Of a stretch of DNA of 64,000 nt, positions 11,219 through 25,705 are shown one piece after another. Each line of letters opens with the position of its first letter. Positions within the stretch are counted from its first letter, which is position 1. The position numbers and the translations under genes were made by a program. This stretch comes from Octopus bimaculoides (Eukaryota), in NCBI RefSeq assembly GCF_001194135.2, contig NC_068994.1, positions 48,800,395 through 48,864,394 of the forward strand, written 5' to 3'. The notes under the pieces were generated by a model. It searched no databases and was not told where the DNA came from. It saw only the letters and a program-made list of their open reading frames with translations.

Positions 11219-12599
11219 GTATGTGTGTGTGTGTGGTGATGGCAGTGTTAGTTGTTCAGGATAAGATAGATTGGAGGAAGATTTGGTGAGAAATACAACA
11301 AAGAGAGGAAAACTATTTGAAAAATTAGGACAAGCTTGATTGGGAATGAAAGGGAAAGAGAGATGAAAGGAGAGCATTATTGATCTTTTGGATCAATAAG
11401 TCAGATTATCATATCAGACGTGTGTGCACACACGCACGTGTAGAACCACTGTCAACACGGAGGGGAGTAACTTGCAGTTATTGAATGGTATGTTAATGAT
11501 GGTGACATAGCATCACCACACTTACAATCACCCAACCATCACACTTAACTTTCCAACTATTTCTCACACTACACCCAATAACCCCACCACCTCGTACCCA
11601 ATTACAATCATATTGTCTAATTTCCTCAGACCCTGTTGTAAAAAAAAAAAAAGGGATACTTAACACCCCCACCTCCTGCCCCCAACATGAGTCCCACACT
11701 ATTCCTCATGTACAAATGCATCATCCCTTTGGAGCTTCCTGCTCTTCATTTTCTGTCTCAACCACCAATAATTCAACCATACCAAATTGAACAATGATCT
11801 CACTTAATTATCAGTGTTCTTTCACCACTAATTTTCTTCCCTAACCTAATGAAATAAGATTAAAAAACAAAATTCCATAAACATTGCNNNNNNNNNNNNN
11901 NNNNNNNNNNNNNNNNNNGGGGGGAAGACTACTCAAGGGTGAATTTTACTATTGTTCAAGGAGGGCTTGAACTCAGTACTGCGAGTTAACAGAGTGCTCC
12001 GTTAATTATATTGTAGCAGTGTTCTCATTTCATATCAGTTGTTGTGGTTGTACCCAATTACAACAGAGGAATAATGGTGTGCAAGTATTTGTTTTTGCTT
12101 AGCGCTAGACAGCTCTGCCTGAGCATATCTTTGTAAAACAAAAGATAAGCTAAGCACTTTTTTATGTTATCAATTTGTGGTACGTCCTTAACCTTCCATT
12201 GTAACAGCTTGCTTCTGTTTCATTAGTAAAGACAACAGGTGAACGGGTATAATCAGTAGAACACTGCACTAGGTATGTGTATCAGTGTGGCAGGGTGGTT
12301 ATGTAATTATTTCCTAGATCTTGGAAGGGCTTTTAAGGATTTGGTTCAATCACAGCACTTAGTTGATATAGGTGGAGAGAGAAAGAGAGAGAAATAATAT
12401 CTCCCTCTAATTTGGACATCATTCTATTACTGCCAATATTTCCCAAATGATCTGGTGCCTATTTCTGATGAACTGAGTTAACGTAGAATTCGGAGTGCCG
12501 TCCAAGTACAGCAGGAAAGTCCAGAAGCAAATAGCCTCAATCCCTTCTTCACTTTATTAAAAGCTATATTGTGTCTTTTAGAGATGGGAAGTAGATAGT

Positions 12600-12830
12600 A
12601 ATGTCGACTGTTGACAAAGGGCCACTGTGATTGCTTGATCTGGTAAATATAGCAGCTAAATCTCCTTTATAATGCATCATGCTGCCTAGGAAAAGCTCAC
12701 ACCGGGTTATGTGATTTTAGATTAACACTATCCGAAAAGTTTATTGGATGTTATTGCTGGCATACTTGTGATCATAGGTATGTTTGATGAAGGATGACCT
12801 GAGACTTAACAACAACCATTATTAGAAAAA
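12600..12830. mobile_element. Dispersed repeat family 4 copy (probable SINE)
   Basis: Reverse-complement of the shared ttggctgctatttctagca motif plus atcatagg...aacaacaac end. Confidence 0.6.
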
Positions 12831-14039
12831 TAAGGCAGGGAGGTTACTTGGCATTCTGGTCAATGCTGGACATCGTCTGTTTCAGTATCTCATACTGTCC
12901 GCTTTGTTGCGCATTGCTTAGATGTGTGGGAGGTACAGTGCGACTGTCAGTATGTTGTTGCATCACTTTCACTCTCTACTTTGATTAAAAATTTTTTATG
13001 GAAAGCTCTGATGGTAGCTGCAGCCATCCACACTCTATATATGATAATCTCAATTCCTCAGGAATTCACTAGATGGTGTGGTAGCACACACACATACACG
13101 CAAACACATTTCTATCTGACTGGATTAGACGGGAGAAAGATAGTGACTTAAAGTTGATAATTATAATGATAACGACGATGATGTTGACATTGATAAAATA
13201 AATTCTTCTTGATAGTGTGTGAGTGAATGAGAGAGAGAAAGAGAGAGAGATTCCAGAGTGTATATGTGTAAGAGAGAGATTTCAAAGAAAGATCTTTATT
13301 ATTTATGAGGTGGAAAGGAAATGGGGGTGGGGGCTGTAGGAAGATGGCATTTTTGCTGTATATTTCTTTGTTTTTCCTTTCACTCTTCACCTCTCATAAT
13401 GTGTCTGCATGATTCTCCTAAAATTAGTCACTAATGTTTTTTACTTCTGGTGTTTTGTAGTTTTATGGAGAGACTAAGAGAGCTGTATGTGTGTCACTTA
13501 CTGCATAGTCTGTATATAAAGGAAGCCTCAAACTCCGCAAATGAACTAATTCATGTTGTCAATGCATGCAACTTATATTATGCAAATTAGACAGACCAGT
13601 TTAGCTGAGTCCTTGTTTGTATACATTATAAATAGCTATAAGCTACTAATCGCTTTGTGGATAAAAGTTGGATATTCTTTTTCTAATGAAGGTCTAAGAA
13701 GACTAGCAGCTAGTCAAAGTAATCTCATTTTTTTTTTGTCATACATTCGATAAAATTTGGAATATAACTATCTTTTATCTTTTGCTTGTTTCAGTCATTA
13801 GACTGCAGCTATGTAGTTGACTTTGGTGGGATTCAAAGAACACCATAACAGTATCAACATCCACCAAACATGACCGGTCAGTGAGGAAGCCCCCCCCTCC
13901 CCTGTGTCATTGGTTCTCTACCAGGTTCCATTTGACCTTTGGGGGTGTATATAGGATTTTGTTGTTAAAATTTATGTGCAATAAATAGATTATATTTCTA
14001 CAATACACAATCTTTTTTTTAAACACAATTCACATATAA

Positions 14040-14326
14040 GCATCCGTGTGGTGCCATGTAAAAAGCATCTGCGCAGTGCCACGTAGAAGTGTCTGTGCGG
14101 TGCTACGTAAAAATGACTGTGCAGTACCATGTAAAGGCGTCTGTGTGGTGCCAGGTAAAAGCACCCAGCAGACTCTGTAAAGTGGTTGGCATTGGGAAGG
14201 GCATCCAGCTGTAGAAACCATGCCAAATCAGATTGGAGTCTGGTGCAGCTCCCCAGCTTGCCAGCTCTAGTCAAACTGTTCAACCCATGCCAGTATGGAC
14301 AATAGATGTTAGATGATGATGATGAT
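14040..14326 (+). mobile_element. SINE family 3, 3' part with (GAT)n tail and internal ~24-bp tandem array
   Basis: ggttggcattgggaagggcatccagctgtagaaac...aacccatgccagtatgg...gatgatgat; homologous to 59650-59940. Confidence 0.85.
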
Positions 14327-16974
14327 ATGCTTTGTAAGGTTACACAAGCAGTGTAAACCTGTTTAGAGGAAGCTATTCAATAATGATAAAACATCATTAT
14401 GACCATCCTCTCTGCTTTGTAATACCAATGACAACACCACCACTATCATTTACTACTGCTGCTACCACTATCACCACTACCACAAGTAATGTCATCCCAG
14501 TATATTACACTACAAACAACATCACTACTTGAAATAGCCAAATCTCTCTTGCCTTGTATCACACCCTATCATCTGAAAAGAACACATTGGACAACACAGT
14601 CTCACTCACACACACATACATAGAAGACAAGGTATAGATAATGGTCATTAACATGTTCCATTATTTATACCTTGTCTTGTATATGACTCTGAAAAAGACC
14701 AGTGCAACTGGGAATACAACCATGGATTTACAATATAGAATGGTGATGAACTATAACCTTGGACCCAGCCACAGGATTATGTAGAGTTCTTTACAAATCT
14801 AAAAACTTTTAGCCTGGTGTTTTTCTGTTAACAGATAGCTTATAAAGTATTTTGTTCGGATTGATAATCCCTCATTAATAACTCTTTGTTTTAATATATT
14901 TCATCATCATCATTTAACGTCTGTTTTCCATGCTGGCACACACACACACACAAAAGAGAAAATGGATTATATGTATTAAAAACGCAATAGGATGGTCATG
15001 GATAGAATGGCTTTGATTATAGGTTTTCTTAATTAGGGTTGGCCTGTAATAACAGCAACCACTAATGCTAATATCCCCATATCTCACTATCTTTGTAAAC
15101 AATGTTATTATTTACAATCACTATTACTATCGACAAAACCAACTGGAGGAGAGAGGCTCTTATGAAAAAGATAAAAAATAGGGAATGAATGAAACAAAAT
15201 AATTTGGGAGTGATTCAACGAGTTTTTTTTTTTTTTTTTTTTGCTATCTTTATTTTGTTTTAGAATTTTTATCATAACAGTTTTTTTCCTCTGATATCAT
15301 ATCACTTTAAAAAAAAAAAAATTTGGGTGTCTGTTCATGAAGAACATTAAAAAATAAATAACAAAAAAAAAATTATTTGCTTTGAAAGGGTTATAGTTGA
15401 TCGAATTGAGCTCAGTGTACGACTGATGTTTACTTTATCAAACATTGAAAGAATGAAAGACAAAATCGACTGTAGCAGGATTTGAGCTGTTTTGTAGGAA
15501 GAAGGCACTGAATTGTGTTTTGGAAGTTTTTACTGTGGCTGTTTATCGTTTCTGCTAACAAATGTAATAGATGAGACATCATGAAAGTTAAAAAAAGGTG
15601 TTGGGTAGAGGGTGGATTCAGATAATCAAAAGCTGACTAGAAGTGATGAGGTTGCGGTGGGGTGGAAGGTGAGATTTGAGAACATTCATCTCACAGAGCT
15701 GATGGAATAGGATCAAAACAGTTGTGTTGCAAGACCTAGAACAACTGGTGCCAGAATGTGAAAAAGAATTCTAAAATCCTGCATAGTTGATAGAAAGATG
15801 ATTTTGGTTCTCTCCCAGAAGTGGAACAAGCTGGTGTACTTGATTTACAGAAGGATTTTTTTTTTCATTCAGAAACACATGCATAGCTATCAAGACCAAA
15901 TTTTGAACCCCATAGGTGCGACAGGGAAATAATAGTTGACAGGGGTGTACTTGTGTGGTGATCACCTGGGTGCAGTTGTAAGTTAATGATAGCAGATGTC
16001 CTCTCAAAGTTTGCCTGCTCCATTTTTTTGGTAAATCATTTCAAGTATCCTTGTGTGTGGCAATTGTTTCCTTCAGTTGTCACCCTTATTGGGTGGTACT
16101 GTTTGTGCTTTGTCATTCAGTAGTTCACCACGTGATCTATTAGGGGCTTTTGCATTTTCTCAGTTTGAAAGACATATAGCTGAATCTGTTCCTTGAGATC
16201 TCTGCTATGTTGCTTGTAATTGAGAACTCCTCCGTAGTACTTTCTATTTGGTGAAAGTATATAGTTAGTGGCCATTGCTTTAAAATCACTCTCTTAAGAC
16301 AAGCTGTCCTTGCAGAATGTCAGAACATTGATTAAACAACAAAATTCAACTAAAATCAATGACAAAATAACTTTGTCTGCAATACTGAACTTAAGGGTTG
16401 CTTTGGAATATTCAGTTGATCATCTCTATGTTACAGCTCTAATTGAGTAACTGGGGTTACTGAACAGCAACCAAGCGTCATTGTTGTTGCCATCGTCTTA
16501 ATTGTGATCTTTTTGCCAACGAGAAATCTTTTATCAACGTAGCTACGACCACCATTATCATTGCTGTTTCGTGCCAGTTAATCCTTTCACAAATATTAGG
16601 GGTCTGTAAGGCTTACTATCACTAATTCTGTGCACTGCACAGTCACAGCAAAATATTTTTGTGGACAAAGAGCTGCAGTTCATATCACATCCACTTTGTT
16701 GTTTTGCCTACTTGTACCAGTTTCAGCTATTTAACTATGGCCATGCATATTGACTAAGTCTTCTTCCCCACATCATTGCCTAATTACACTTCTTTTTTTC
16801 TTCTGCTTCCCACTTAACCATTACATCCCATATACTCTAACAACTCCCCTACTCATTCTTGTCTTGCTGCATTCCTCCCTGTATCTCATCTGTAACTTGG
16901 TGGTAACTCTGTTCTTACTCTTCTCTCATCCATCATCTCCTAATTTTGACCATACCACCTGCTGTTATTCATCC

Positions 16975-17177
16975 CCAGATCAACCCTGATCATTGACCAG
17001 ACCTATAATTAAAGGCATTCCAGCCGTGACCATTCCATCTTTTTCTTATGTGCAGAAAACCACCACCAAAGCTACATCATCCAATATACCTTTTTTAAGA
17101 CAGTATGGCACGGTTTGAAGGATATTTGGTTACTATTTCTAGCAGGTCAAGCCACCATATAGCAGCTACCCTGCTTG
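16975..17177. mobile_element. Dispersed repeat family 4 copy
   Basis: aaaggcattccagccgtgaccattcc...atttggttactatttctagcagg; further copies near 14500, 14985, 30660, 31950, 39860, 40435, 42810, 50605, 52320. Confidence 0.7.
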
Positions 17178-17184
17178 GCTTGCT

Positions 17185-17400
17185 TTCATTGCTGCTGCTG
17201 CTGGTCACGCAGCTACTGCAGTTGTTGTATTGCTGTTGCTGATGTTGCTAGCTCCTTGACTGCTGCTGCTGCTGCTGTTCTTGCTGCTAGTACAGTTGCT
17301 GTAAAACTACCATGGCTACTACGGACGATGTTGCCAGCTAAGACGTCAACTGCTGCTGCTGCTACAGTTACTGCCATTGCTGTCACTGTTGTGGTAGTCA
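17185..17400. repeat. Cryptic (GCT/GTT)n low-complexity tract
   Basis: Direct reading; explains the poly-Ala ORF 17175-17516. Confidence 0.85.
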
Positions 17401-17975
17401 GGCAACTTTTCCATCAAGACTTTTTTGTCTCTCTCTCTCCTCGTCACTGCCTTTCTTTCTTTCTATCGCGTGCGAGTGGTTTTTGCAGAGAGTTTGTAAC
17501 TGAAGAATCAGTTTAGGTGCTTATGACATTCTCCAGTTGGGTTTCTTATATCCCCTATCGAATATAACATCCATTTAATTAATTAATCTAGGTGTTTGTA
17601 TCTGGCTCTCTTGTTGCCAGGTTATTTTACCGTTATCTGCAATTCTTTAAAAAAAAGATACTGTGTGTGTGTGTGTGTGTGTGTAAAAAATAATCTTACT
17701 TGTTTGCGTTCAGTTGATTTGATAAACAGCTTTGCTTGTTAAAACTAACGCATGTAGCATCTAAGTTATTCATTTATGTGGAAAGCAGTTGTATTCAACT
17801 ACATATTATCTCACTTCATTATATTTGTCGATGATAAAATAATGACCTGTCATGTACTAGGGTCAGTCTGGTCAACCGTTCTCTCCTAAATTTGTAGTCT
17901 TGCACCTCTGCAAAAGAAGTAATTTGGATTGTGTGATTATTTGCATGATCACTTCAGTGTGTCATCTGTTTACAA

Positions 17976-18276
17976 CAGGGGATCTCAACTGGGGTCCATA
18001 TAACCCATGAGGGCCCATGCAAGCAAAATTGTAAATTAGGGAACCACAGTAGTATTTTAAAGGCCCAGGAAAAAAAATTTGCTTCAGATTTATTTATTGC
18101 AAGAAACAGCGAGTTTTACATAGTTCAACTTGATAAACAAGTTAATATGTGAAAAGTAAAGCAGGAATTTTGGAAGAAGTATCTATAAAATTAGTTTTTC
18201 AAATATGGGGGTTCACCAAAATAAAATTGTAATCGAAGGGGTCCATAGATTAAAAAAAAAAGGTTGAGAACCACAG
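17976..18276. mobile_element. hAT (Charlie-like) MITE
   Basis: TIRs CAGGGGATCTCAAC / GGTTGAGAACCACAG; 8-bp TSD gtttacaa/atttacaa. Confidence 0.85.
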
Positions 18277-19319
18277 ATTTACAAGATAAAACTTATATAC
18301 ACTCCTGTTTGTCTCTAGATGTGATAATCCATTGTTAAGATTGATAATCCATTGTTAAGATTTACACAGATAAAGTGTGGTATGGCAGAAATTGTAGAGC
18401 ACTAGGAAAGTATGTGCCTTGTGGTATTTATTCGAACCTTCATATCTCTTCATTCATAACCTACTTCATGTTGACTATGGTGTTCATCATTCTGTGATCA
18501 GTAAAATAATTCCAGTCATGTACTTGGGTTGAATCAATCAATAACGCTCTTCTCTTTTGTGACCCAATGAAAGAAATCAATATTTACATAAATAATATTT
18601 GCTTTCAGCTGTAATATCCTGCTGTGTCACAATCTATTGAAAATATCTTGATTATATTCAGTTATATAACGTATGTCACTCATTTATATCGTAAGGGGGC
18701 ATATGACAGTGCCATATAATACCTTATTGACAGTATCTTGCTTCTATTCAGCTACATGACTCTCTTGTAATATTACTTCCATTAAGTACTTTCTTAGACG
18801 CCTTCTGTTTTAACAGCTTGGAATGTTTATATTCTTTCTGAAGTGTCTTAGTTTTGGTTGTTTTGCCTCAGATCATCCTCAATCCAGCAAACTTAATCAA
18901 AAACATTCAAGCTGAGATAATTTGTACCCCCCCCCCCCACTGACAAAGTGTCTCTAAGAATGCATTTATTATGTTCTGTGCTCTATTCTGTTTCTTCAAG
19001 ATTATAAACAATTGGTCGGACAATTGACTTTTGTTTCTGGAATGTTGCGTGACCAACAAGGGAGAAGCTATGGGATCATTTGGCTTGCTACAAATAGATT
19101 ACAATAATTACAATAAGAAAAAAAAAAAAAAGGTGGGGGGAAACATTTGTTAATGCGAGTGTGATTTACCTGAAAGTAGTTACCAAAAGTGAGTCTTCTT
19201 GGTTGAAACCTGTTGTTTTATCAAAGCAGACCAGGGTTAAATAACAAACATATAGAGGTTCTCTCGTTAGCTTGAAAACATCTTTAACAGTAGAGATAGT
19301 TGAGTTGGCTCAGAGAAAG

Positions 19320-19720
19320 GTTATTGAATGGGATGTTGAGTCTTATCTTGTAAAGAGGGATGCACTCCTCTAATGGATGGTTTGTGTGTTCAGATCAATT
19401 GTAGGTATTCTGTTGTGTTACTAGGCAGGATATTAAATTGCGCTTGTCCCATTTCACCTTGCTATGCTTCTTCCTTATCCAGTCAAGTGATTTATCTTTC
19501 ATTTGAAACTGAGAGTAAGTATTGTTCCTTCTGAGCCTCTTGAATGACTTGTAAGTTATTGGCAAGTTGGTATAGATGACATAGATTTTGAACGGAATTA
19601 TATGATTTACGTAGATCCAGTATGTGATGGGATGTCATGTTATTGCCATTGTGCCTGTGTTGCATTAGACTTTAAAATGTGATTCTCAAACATTGCCTTA
19701 TTTAAGCATGTATTGTGACC
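19320..19720 (-). mobile_element. Degenerate RTE-like LINE fragment (post-RT region)
   Basis: Frameshifted LQVIQEAQKEQYLLSVS / MKDKSLDWIRKK...KVKWD resembles RTE LQVTQRAMER..LG...RD..RNEWIR..T...KW.W. Confidence 0.45.
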
Positions 19721-19983
19721 TCTTCATTTCCCAACTTGTGACAAATATTCAAATACATTTTACTAATTGTCAAGCTGCCCTTTCACTGAAACAATATAAA
19801 CTTAACGAGTTTGTTTAATGCTTGTATTCTCTTCACCATTTTATAAAGTTATTGCGGAGAGTGGGGAGGAATTTTTATATATGCTGATACCTATTAAAAA
19901 AAAATTATCTAGATATGTCAGCATAAATGGACATACAAAAATCGTTAGAAATAAATATTATTTTTCTTGTTCAAATCCAGCTG

Positions 19984-20115
19984 GAGGTGACTTTGCTTTG
20001 TCTTTCCTCTAGGGGTTAATAACACAAGTACCTGTCATGTACTGAGACTAATTCAATCTCACTATTACCCAATCCTACAAATTTATGGCTTTGTTACCAG
20101 TGTGAGAAGTTATTG
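19984..20115 (+). mobile_element. Family-2 SINE fragment
   Basis: gaggtgactttgctttg...aagtacc...ggctttgt homologous to family 2. Confidence 0.65.
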
Positions 20116-22426
20116 TTTTCAGATCTGACCCAACCACATCTTTCAAAGTATGCTGTTCTACAGCAAATACCTTCTTTCCACTAAATCAACTCTTGGCTCT
20201 GTTTCATCTGGCAGCTATCATACCATTTATTTTACATGTTGCTGTCATTCATTGCCTTTTAGAGTCTAGTTACATTCTCAACTCACTTATGCTCTGTTTG
20301 TCCTGTCAATTAACATGGTATGTCTAACAGACTAAATCATTCTCCTCCAGTTACTTGCAGACCTCTGGTATGCATTGTCCATGTTTCACAGTTAGTTTTA
20401 ACAGACTACTACTTCAGTTGTTCACATACAACCCACACCAGCATACCTTATGAAGGACTTTTCATGTGTAGAGTGACTGCTAGACTAAACAGGCTTTCTG
20501 TCTTTTTCAAAACTAACTACTCACTATGTTATTTATACAACCTTCAGGTGACTATGTCACATAGGTCACAGCAATTTATCTGCCTGTTGTAGGAGTCAGG
20601 GGATTAGATAAGCTTTGTTATTTAATACACACACACTCATACATACACACTTGATATATAAGATACTTTTGGTAATGAAGTATTCTTTTTTTTTTTTTTT
20701 ATATATTTTTCACAATAGTAATTGAAAATCATTGTACTGTATATGTCTCTTATTTCTATTGGAACAGCACAGAAAAAAAAACCACTGGATTACAAATAGT
20801 GGATTTGTTATTTAAACAATAGTCAAGTTAATATTAACGTATTTAATTCATGGACCTTTAAAAAGCTAAGTAGAGATAATTAATTTTGTGGTTGGTAAAG
20901 AACAAAATGAATCAATGATCAATATTATTCTCACATGCACAAGTAAGTGCAGGAGACAACCCGAAGAAATGTTTCGGTTTTATTCTGATCTCCTCAGCAA
21001 AGCCTAATTTCACTGTCCCTGCTGAAATAGTGATGAAGGAATCATTAAATAAATGTATGAGACTGTATGTATTTTTATCATAATTATTTGTGTATTTTTA
21101 ATTCCTGATAGGACAAGTTCTTCTTTACTCACCAAATTTTGTCACATATTTCCTTTTATACAATTTCCTTTAATACAATAAAGAAACCTTTGTTGGTTTC
21201 TTGACTTGCTTGAAAATATCTTCAAATCACACGTCACTGTCTTGTAAAAAAAAAATTTTTTTTTTTTTTACTTATAACACGCATATATACCCACCAATTT
21301 AAAGCAGTTGAAATTTAATGTTTCTCTTTCCCACCTTTCTTTCTCCCCCCCCCCTCTCTCTCTTATAGAAAGAAGGGAAAAAACGTATTTAATGTATTTA
21401 GTATGTTATATTTATTTCAAGGTTGACTTTACTCCATCAGAAGTCTAAATGAGAAACTAAACTGGGAATAGTGATGGAGGGAAGCTTCACCTTCAGACAA
21501 ATGAATCTCTCTCTTATATATATATATATATNNNNNNNNNNNNNNNNNNNNNNNNNNNNNNNNNNATATAGATATGCAGGGCAGGGAATCATCAATTAGT
21601 AATAAAATTAATAATTAACAATTCTGCCGGGTAGCTCAGTATGAAAAAAACCTTCTTCGGTAAAAATTTATAATCATAAATATATAGGGATTGACAGTAA
21701 CCTGCTTCTCCAACATACTGAGAATTCAGAAATAGCAGTCAAAGAACTACTGATTTCAAAACTACAAATTATTACTCCAGATTGATAGCGATATTTTTGA
21801 TACACACAGAACAAAAAACAATAGAGAAGAGTAAAAAACACTTGCCTTTATATATATATAGATAGAAGGCCCAGTTGCTTTTTGTGTGTTGGTTCCATCA
21901 TGGCTTTATGAATGTCATTTGAAGGATGAGATGTTGTACTGAACAGAAGAGGAGGGAAGGAGAGAGGATTAAAACGATTGAAGGGAGCAGCAAGTGCTAA
22001 TCAATGAATCAAACACTAAGCAAGGAACAAACTGTTGTGCTCATAAAAATTTGCCTTTTATTATCCATGCCATGTCTCATATGAACCACCTCTCTCTCCC
22101 TCTCCCTCTCTCCCTCCCTCTCCCTCATCCCCCTACCCTCTCCCTCATCCCCCTTCCCTCACAACACAGAACTCATTCTTTGTATCTCTTATTTATTGTG
22201 ATCCTTTCAATTTCATTGTTGGTTCTATCACTCTCTAGCAATACCACTGAGATAACACATCTATCTATAGGGGAACGAATCTCTGAGTATATGCTCCCAA
22301 CTTCTCAATCTCTCATTGAATCAAGGTTATCCAAATTTTACTCTGTCACAGTTCTGCAGGCTATTTTTGCCGTTGTGTCTGTCTGTTATATGTATAAATA
22401 ACTAACTACATTACATAGTGTTTCTC

Positions 22427-22645
22427 AAGGTGGAGAGTTGGCAGAACCATTGTTATCATGCTGAGCAAAACGTTAGTGATATTTCTTCTGGATTTATTTG
22501 ATTGTGAGTTCAAATACTGCTGAGGTCGACTTTAACTTTCATTTTTCCAGTTGAGCACTGGGGCCAGTGTAACTGATTCACACCCCACCCATCACGATTT
22601 CAGGCCTTGTGCTTATGGGAATTGTTTGATGATGATAATAATAAA
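22427..22645 (+). mobile_element. Family-2 SINE copy
   Basis: gagttggcagaac...gagttcaaatactgctgaggtcgacttt...ggccttgtgc followed by (GAT/AAT)n tail. Confidence 0.8.
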
Positions 22646-22848
22646 GTAACAATAATGAAATTATTGAGGATGATTCCAGCATTTTCATTGTTGAGATTTC
22701 CACCATTAGCTATGCGAGGACTTGTGTGTAAGAAATTGTAACATGCATGTATGTGTGCACAGATTGTGTTGTGGTTCCTGGTTCAACCCTGCTGCTTAGG
22801 GCCTTGCGCAGGGTGTAATTTGGTAGGCAGAAACTGTGAAGAAGCACA

Positions 22849-22889
<41 letters not shown>

Positions 22890-23382
22890 TATGCATGTGT
22901 GTGTATGTGTGAGAGAGAGAGAGAGAGACTGATTGTAGTTAGGTGAAAATTGATGGTGTTACCAAAAGTGTAACTTGACAATTCAACAAAAAGAGGTAGA
23001 TAAAATAATCAGAGGACCAGTGCTGGAAATGGAGGGGGTGTGGTAGTAGTGGCGGTGGTGGTAGTGGGATGATGATTATAGCATCTAACTCCTCCTTCAA
23101 CCTCAGCCTCAAGAATTTTGGCAATATCTCTAATTTGTAAAACCTGTTTCCATTGTATGGAACTGAAATAAGTGTAGAAGTCAGTACTGGTGACTAAGAA
23201 AAACAATAAAATAAAATGAATAAATAAATAATGAAGGTGGTGCCCCTGCATGGCTATAGACTTTCAAGTAACATACAGTTCAGTCAAATAATTAATCATA
23301 TTCTCTACCATTTACTGAGTATGTTTTTCCCTTGTTTGTTACAAACAATACATACACACTCATATGCAACACACACACACGC

Positions 23383-23425
<43 letters not shown>

Positions 23426-23897
23426 TTAAAAGTTTGTGTATGAGTGTGTAGCAGGCTCTTAATTTCCTGCTTTGTTTTCTGAAAAGCTTTTGAGTTTTAG
23501 GTTAATTAAAGTTCTCAATTGTCTGTCAAAAACTGCTGACACCTCCCCTTCCCCTGGAACATGCATGTGAGTGTGTGTGTGTGTGTGTGTGTGTGATTCT
23601 GTGAATCTGTAAAATGACTGCTTTTTAGTTTTTGTGCTTCTGCCATAAATTTTTGTGTGTTTGTGGGTGTTTGTATATTCTTCCTAAAATATGTATTTGG
23701 AGTGGTTTTAGATGTTTTCCAGTTTGAGTGTGAATGTAGTGTATTGTTTGAAAACACAGGAGTCGATAGCCAAATCAGGTCCCCTGTTAATATAAGTAAA
23801 AATATTAACTATAATAAAGTATCGCCAAAACCTCTGAATGCACAAGTCTATTTTTATTGATATTTGTATTAGTCAGCTTCATTACATACACACCCCC

Positions 23898-23944
<47 letters not shown>

Positions 23945-24180
23945 TTTTATTAAAGCTGCAACATTACCCCAAAACTGTTTCTCTGAGTTTCACATTCCTG
24001 TTTGTCTGATAGTATTCATTACAATTATCTGATGAATGAGAACATGAAACTCTGAGTAACAGTTTTGTGATAATTTTGCAGCTTTCATAAAAGCATATTA
24101 CTCTACCTTTGGTATTCAAGTACTATTTTTGCATTTATGTACTTGCTTACTTTGTGTGTGTGTGTGTGTGTGTATAGAGC

Positions 24181-24537
24181 ACAGGCATAGCTGTGTAGCT
24201 GCTTCCCAGCCACATGGTTCTGGGTCCAGTCTTGGCACCTTGAGCAAGTGTCTTCTACTATTGCCTTGGGCCGACCAAAACCTTGTGAGTGGATTTGGTA
24301 GAAGGAAAAAGAAAGAAGCCCATCACACGCGCGCGCGTCTTTGTATTTGTCAACTGTCACTGCTTGACAGCCGGTGTTGGTGTGTTTATATCCCTGTAAC
24401 TTAGTGGTTTGGAATAAAAGCCTGATAGAATAAGTACCAGGCTTAAAAGAGTACTGGGGTCAGTTCTGTCAACTAAAAGCTCTTCAAGGTGGTGCCCCAG
24501 CATGACCACAGTGTAGTGACTGAAACAAAAGATAAGA
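24181..24537 (+). mobile_element. Family-1 SINE, near full length
   Basis: Reverse-complement homology to 1728-2118 along its length. Confidence 0.9.
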
Positions 24538-24739
24538 CATATATATGTCTGTAAAAAACATCCCTGTCACCCTCATTAATCGGTGCTGATTTGGAATGTG
24601 TGTGCGCCTGCACACTTTTGCATTGTTTGGAGAATGTGATTATATGAGTATGTATTGTTTCCAGGATGTGGATGTGAATGATTTGTATTGTTCTTGGAAT
24701 GTGTATATAGTTCCTAGAATATATATATGCTGTTTCAGA

Positions 24740-24741
24740 AA

Positions 24742-24784
<43 letters not shown>

Positions 24785-24935
24785 ATTATTTGAGAATATG
24801 CCACACACACACACGTTGTTTTGATAGTGTGTATGTGTACACGTTTTGTTTCTTAGATGTGTGTATGTATTGTTTTCTGTATATATGATGTTCTCTTTTC
24901 AAATGTATGAATACCAGTTATAAAGTTTCTACAAC

Positions 24936-24976
<41 letters not shown>

Positions 24977-25034
24977 TGTGGCTTTAATTTTCAGAATCTG
25001 TATTATTTGCTTGATTGTACATTCCTCTTTTGTA

Positions 25035-25073
<39 letters not shown>

Positions 25074-25330
25074 GAATTTAGAGAGTGTATTTGTGTGTAG
25101 TTCTCTTGAATATGAATACATGTGTGTATATGTGTGTAAAATTCACACGGCACTGTGGATAATTTTCTTTGTATGTATATATGTGTGTGTGTGTGTGTGT
25201 GTGCGTGCTTGCGCATGCATCATTCACACATGGCAGTCTGTGAATAATATTCTTTGTATATATACATATATGTGTGTGTGTGAGTGTGTGTGTGTGTGTG
25301 TGTACATGCACATGCACATGACTATGTATG
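24740..25330. repeat. Cluster of (TG)n/(CA)n microsatellites
   Basis: Direct reading. Confidence 0.95.
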
Positions 25331-25674
25331 TAGTTAGTTTCTAGAGACTGTGAAAGTCGCACATTCTAGATAATGTTATGGAATTATCTATCAGTTACAG
25401 TTTTTTTGTTCTTTATTTTGTTTATTCATGTTAATTTCTTTTCTGTTTATACATTGATAATACGGTGAAGAGGAGAGATAGCTGTTGTGGAAGAAGGAGG
25501 GGGCTGAGAGAGAGAGAGAGAGAGAATGAGATTACAAGAAAGCAGTGTGAAGGAGAGAGCATAAGAGAAATAACAGAAGAAAGCTGAAAGGAGAGAGAAA
25601 AACAGGCAGAGAAAAGAGAGAAAAATATATAGGAGAGGAGGTACCTGAAAATAGAGAGATAGATAGAGAGAGAG

Positions 25675-25705
<31 letters not shown>

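Noticed and set aside
14041-14170. CRISPR-like periodic array
   Set aside because: Contiguous diverged units with no unique spacers, inside a eukaryotic SINE; no cas genes.
17175-17516. Ala-rich 113-aa ORF
   Set aside because: Translation of a cryptic (GCT)n tract.
18323-18362. 20-bp perfect tandem duplication
   Set aside because: Ordinary slippage duplication with no further structure.
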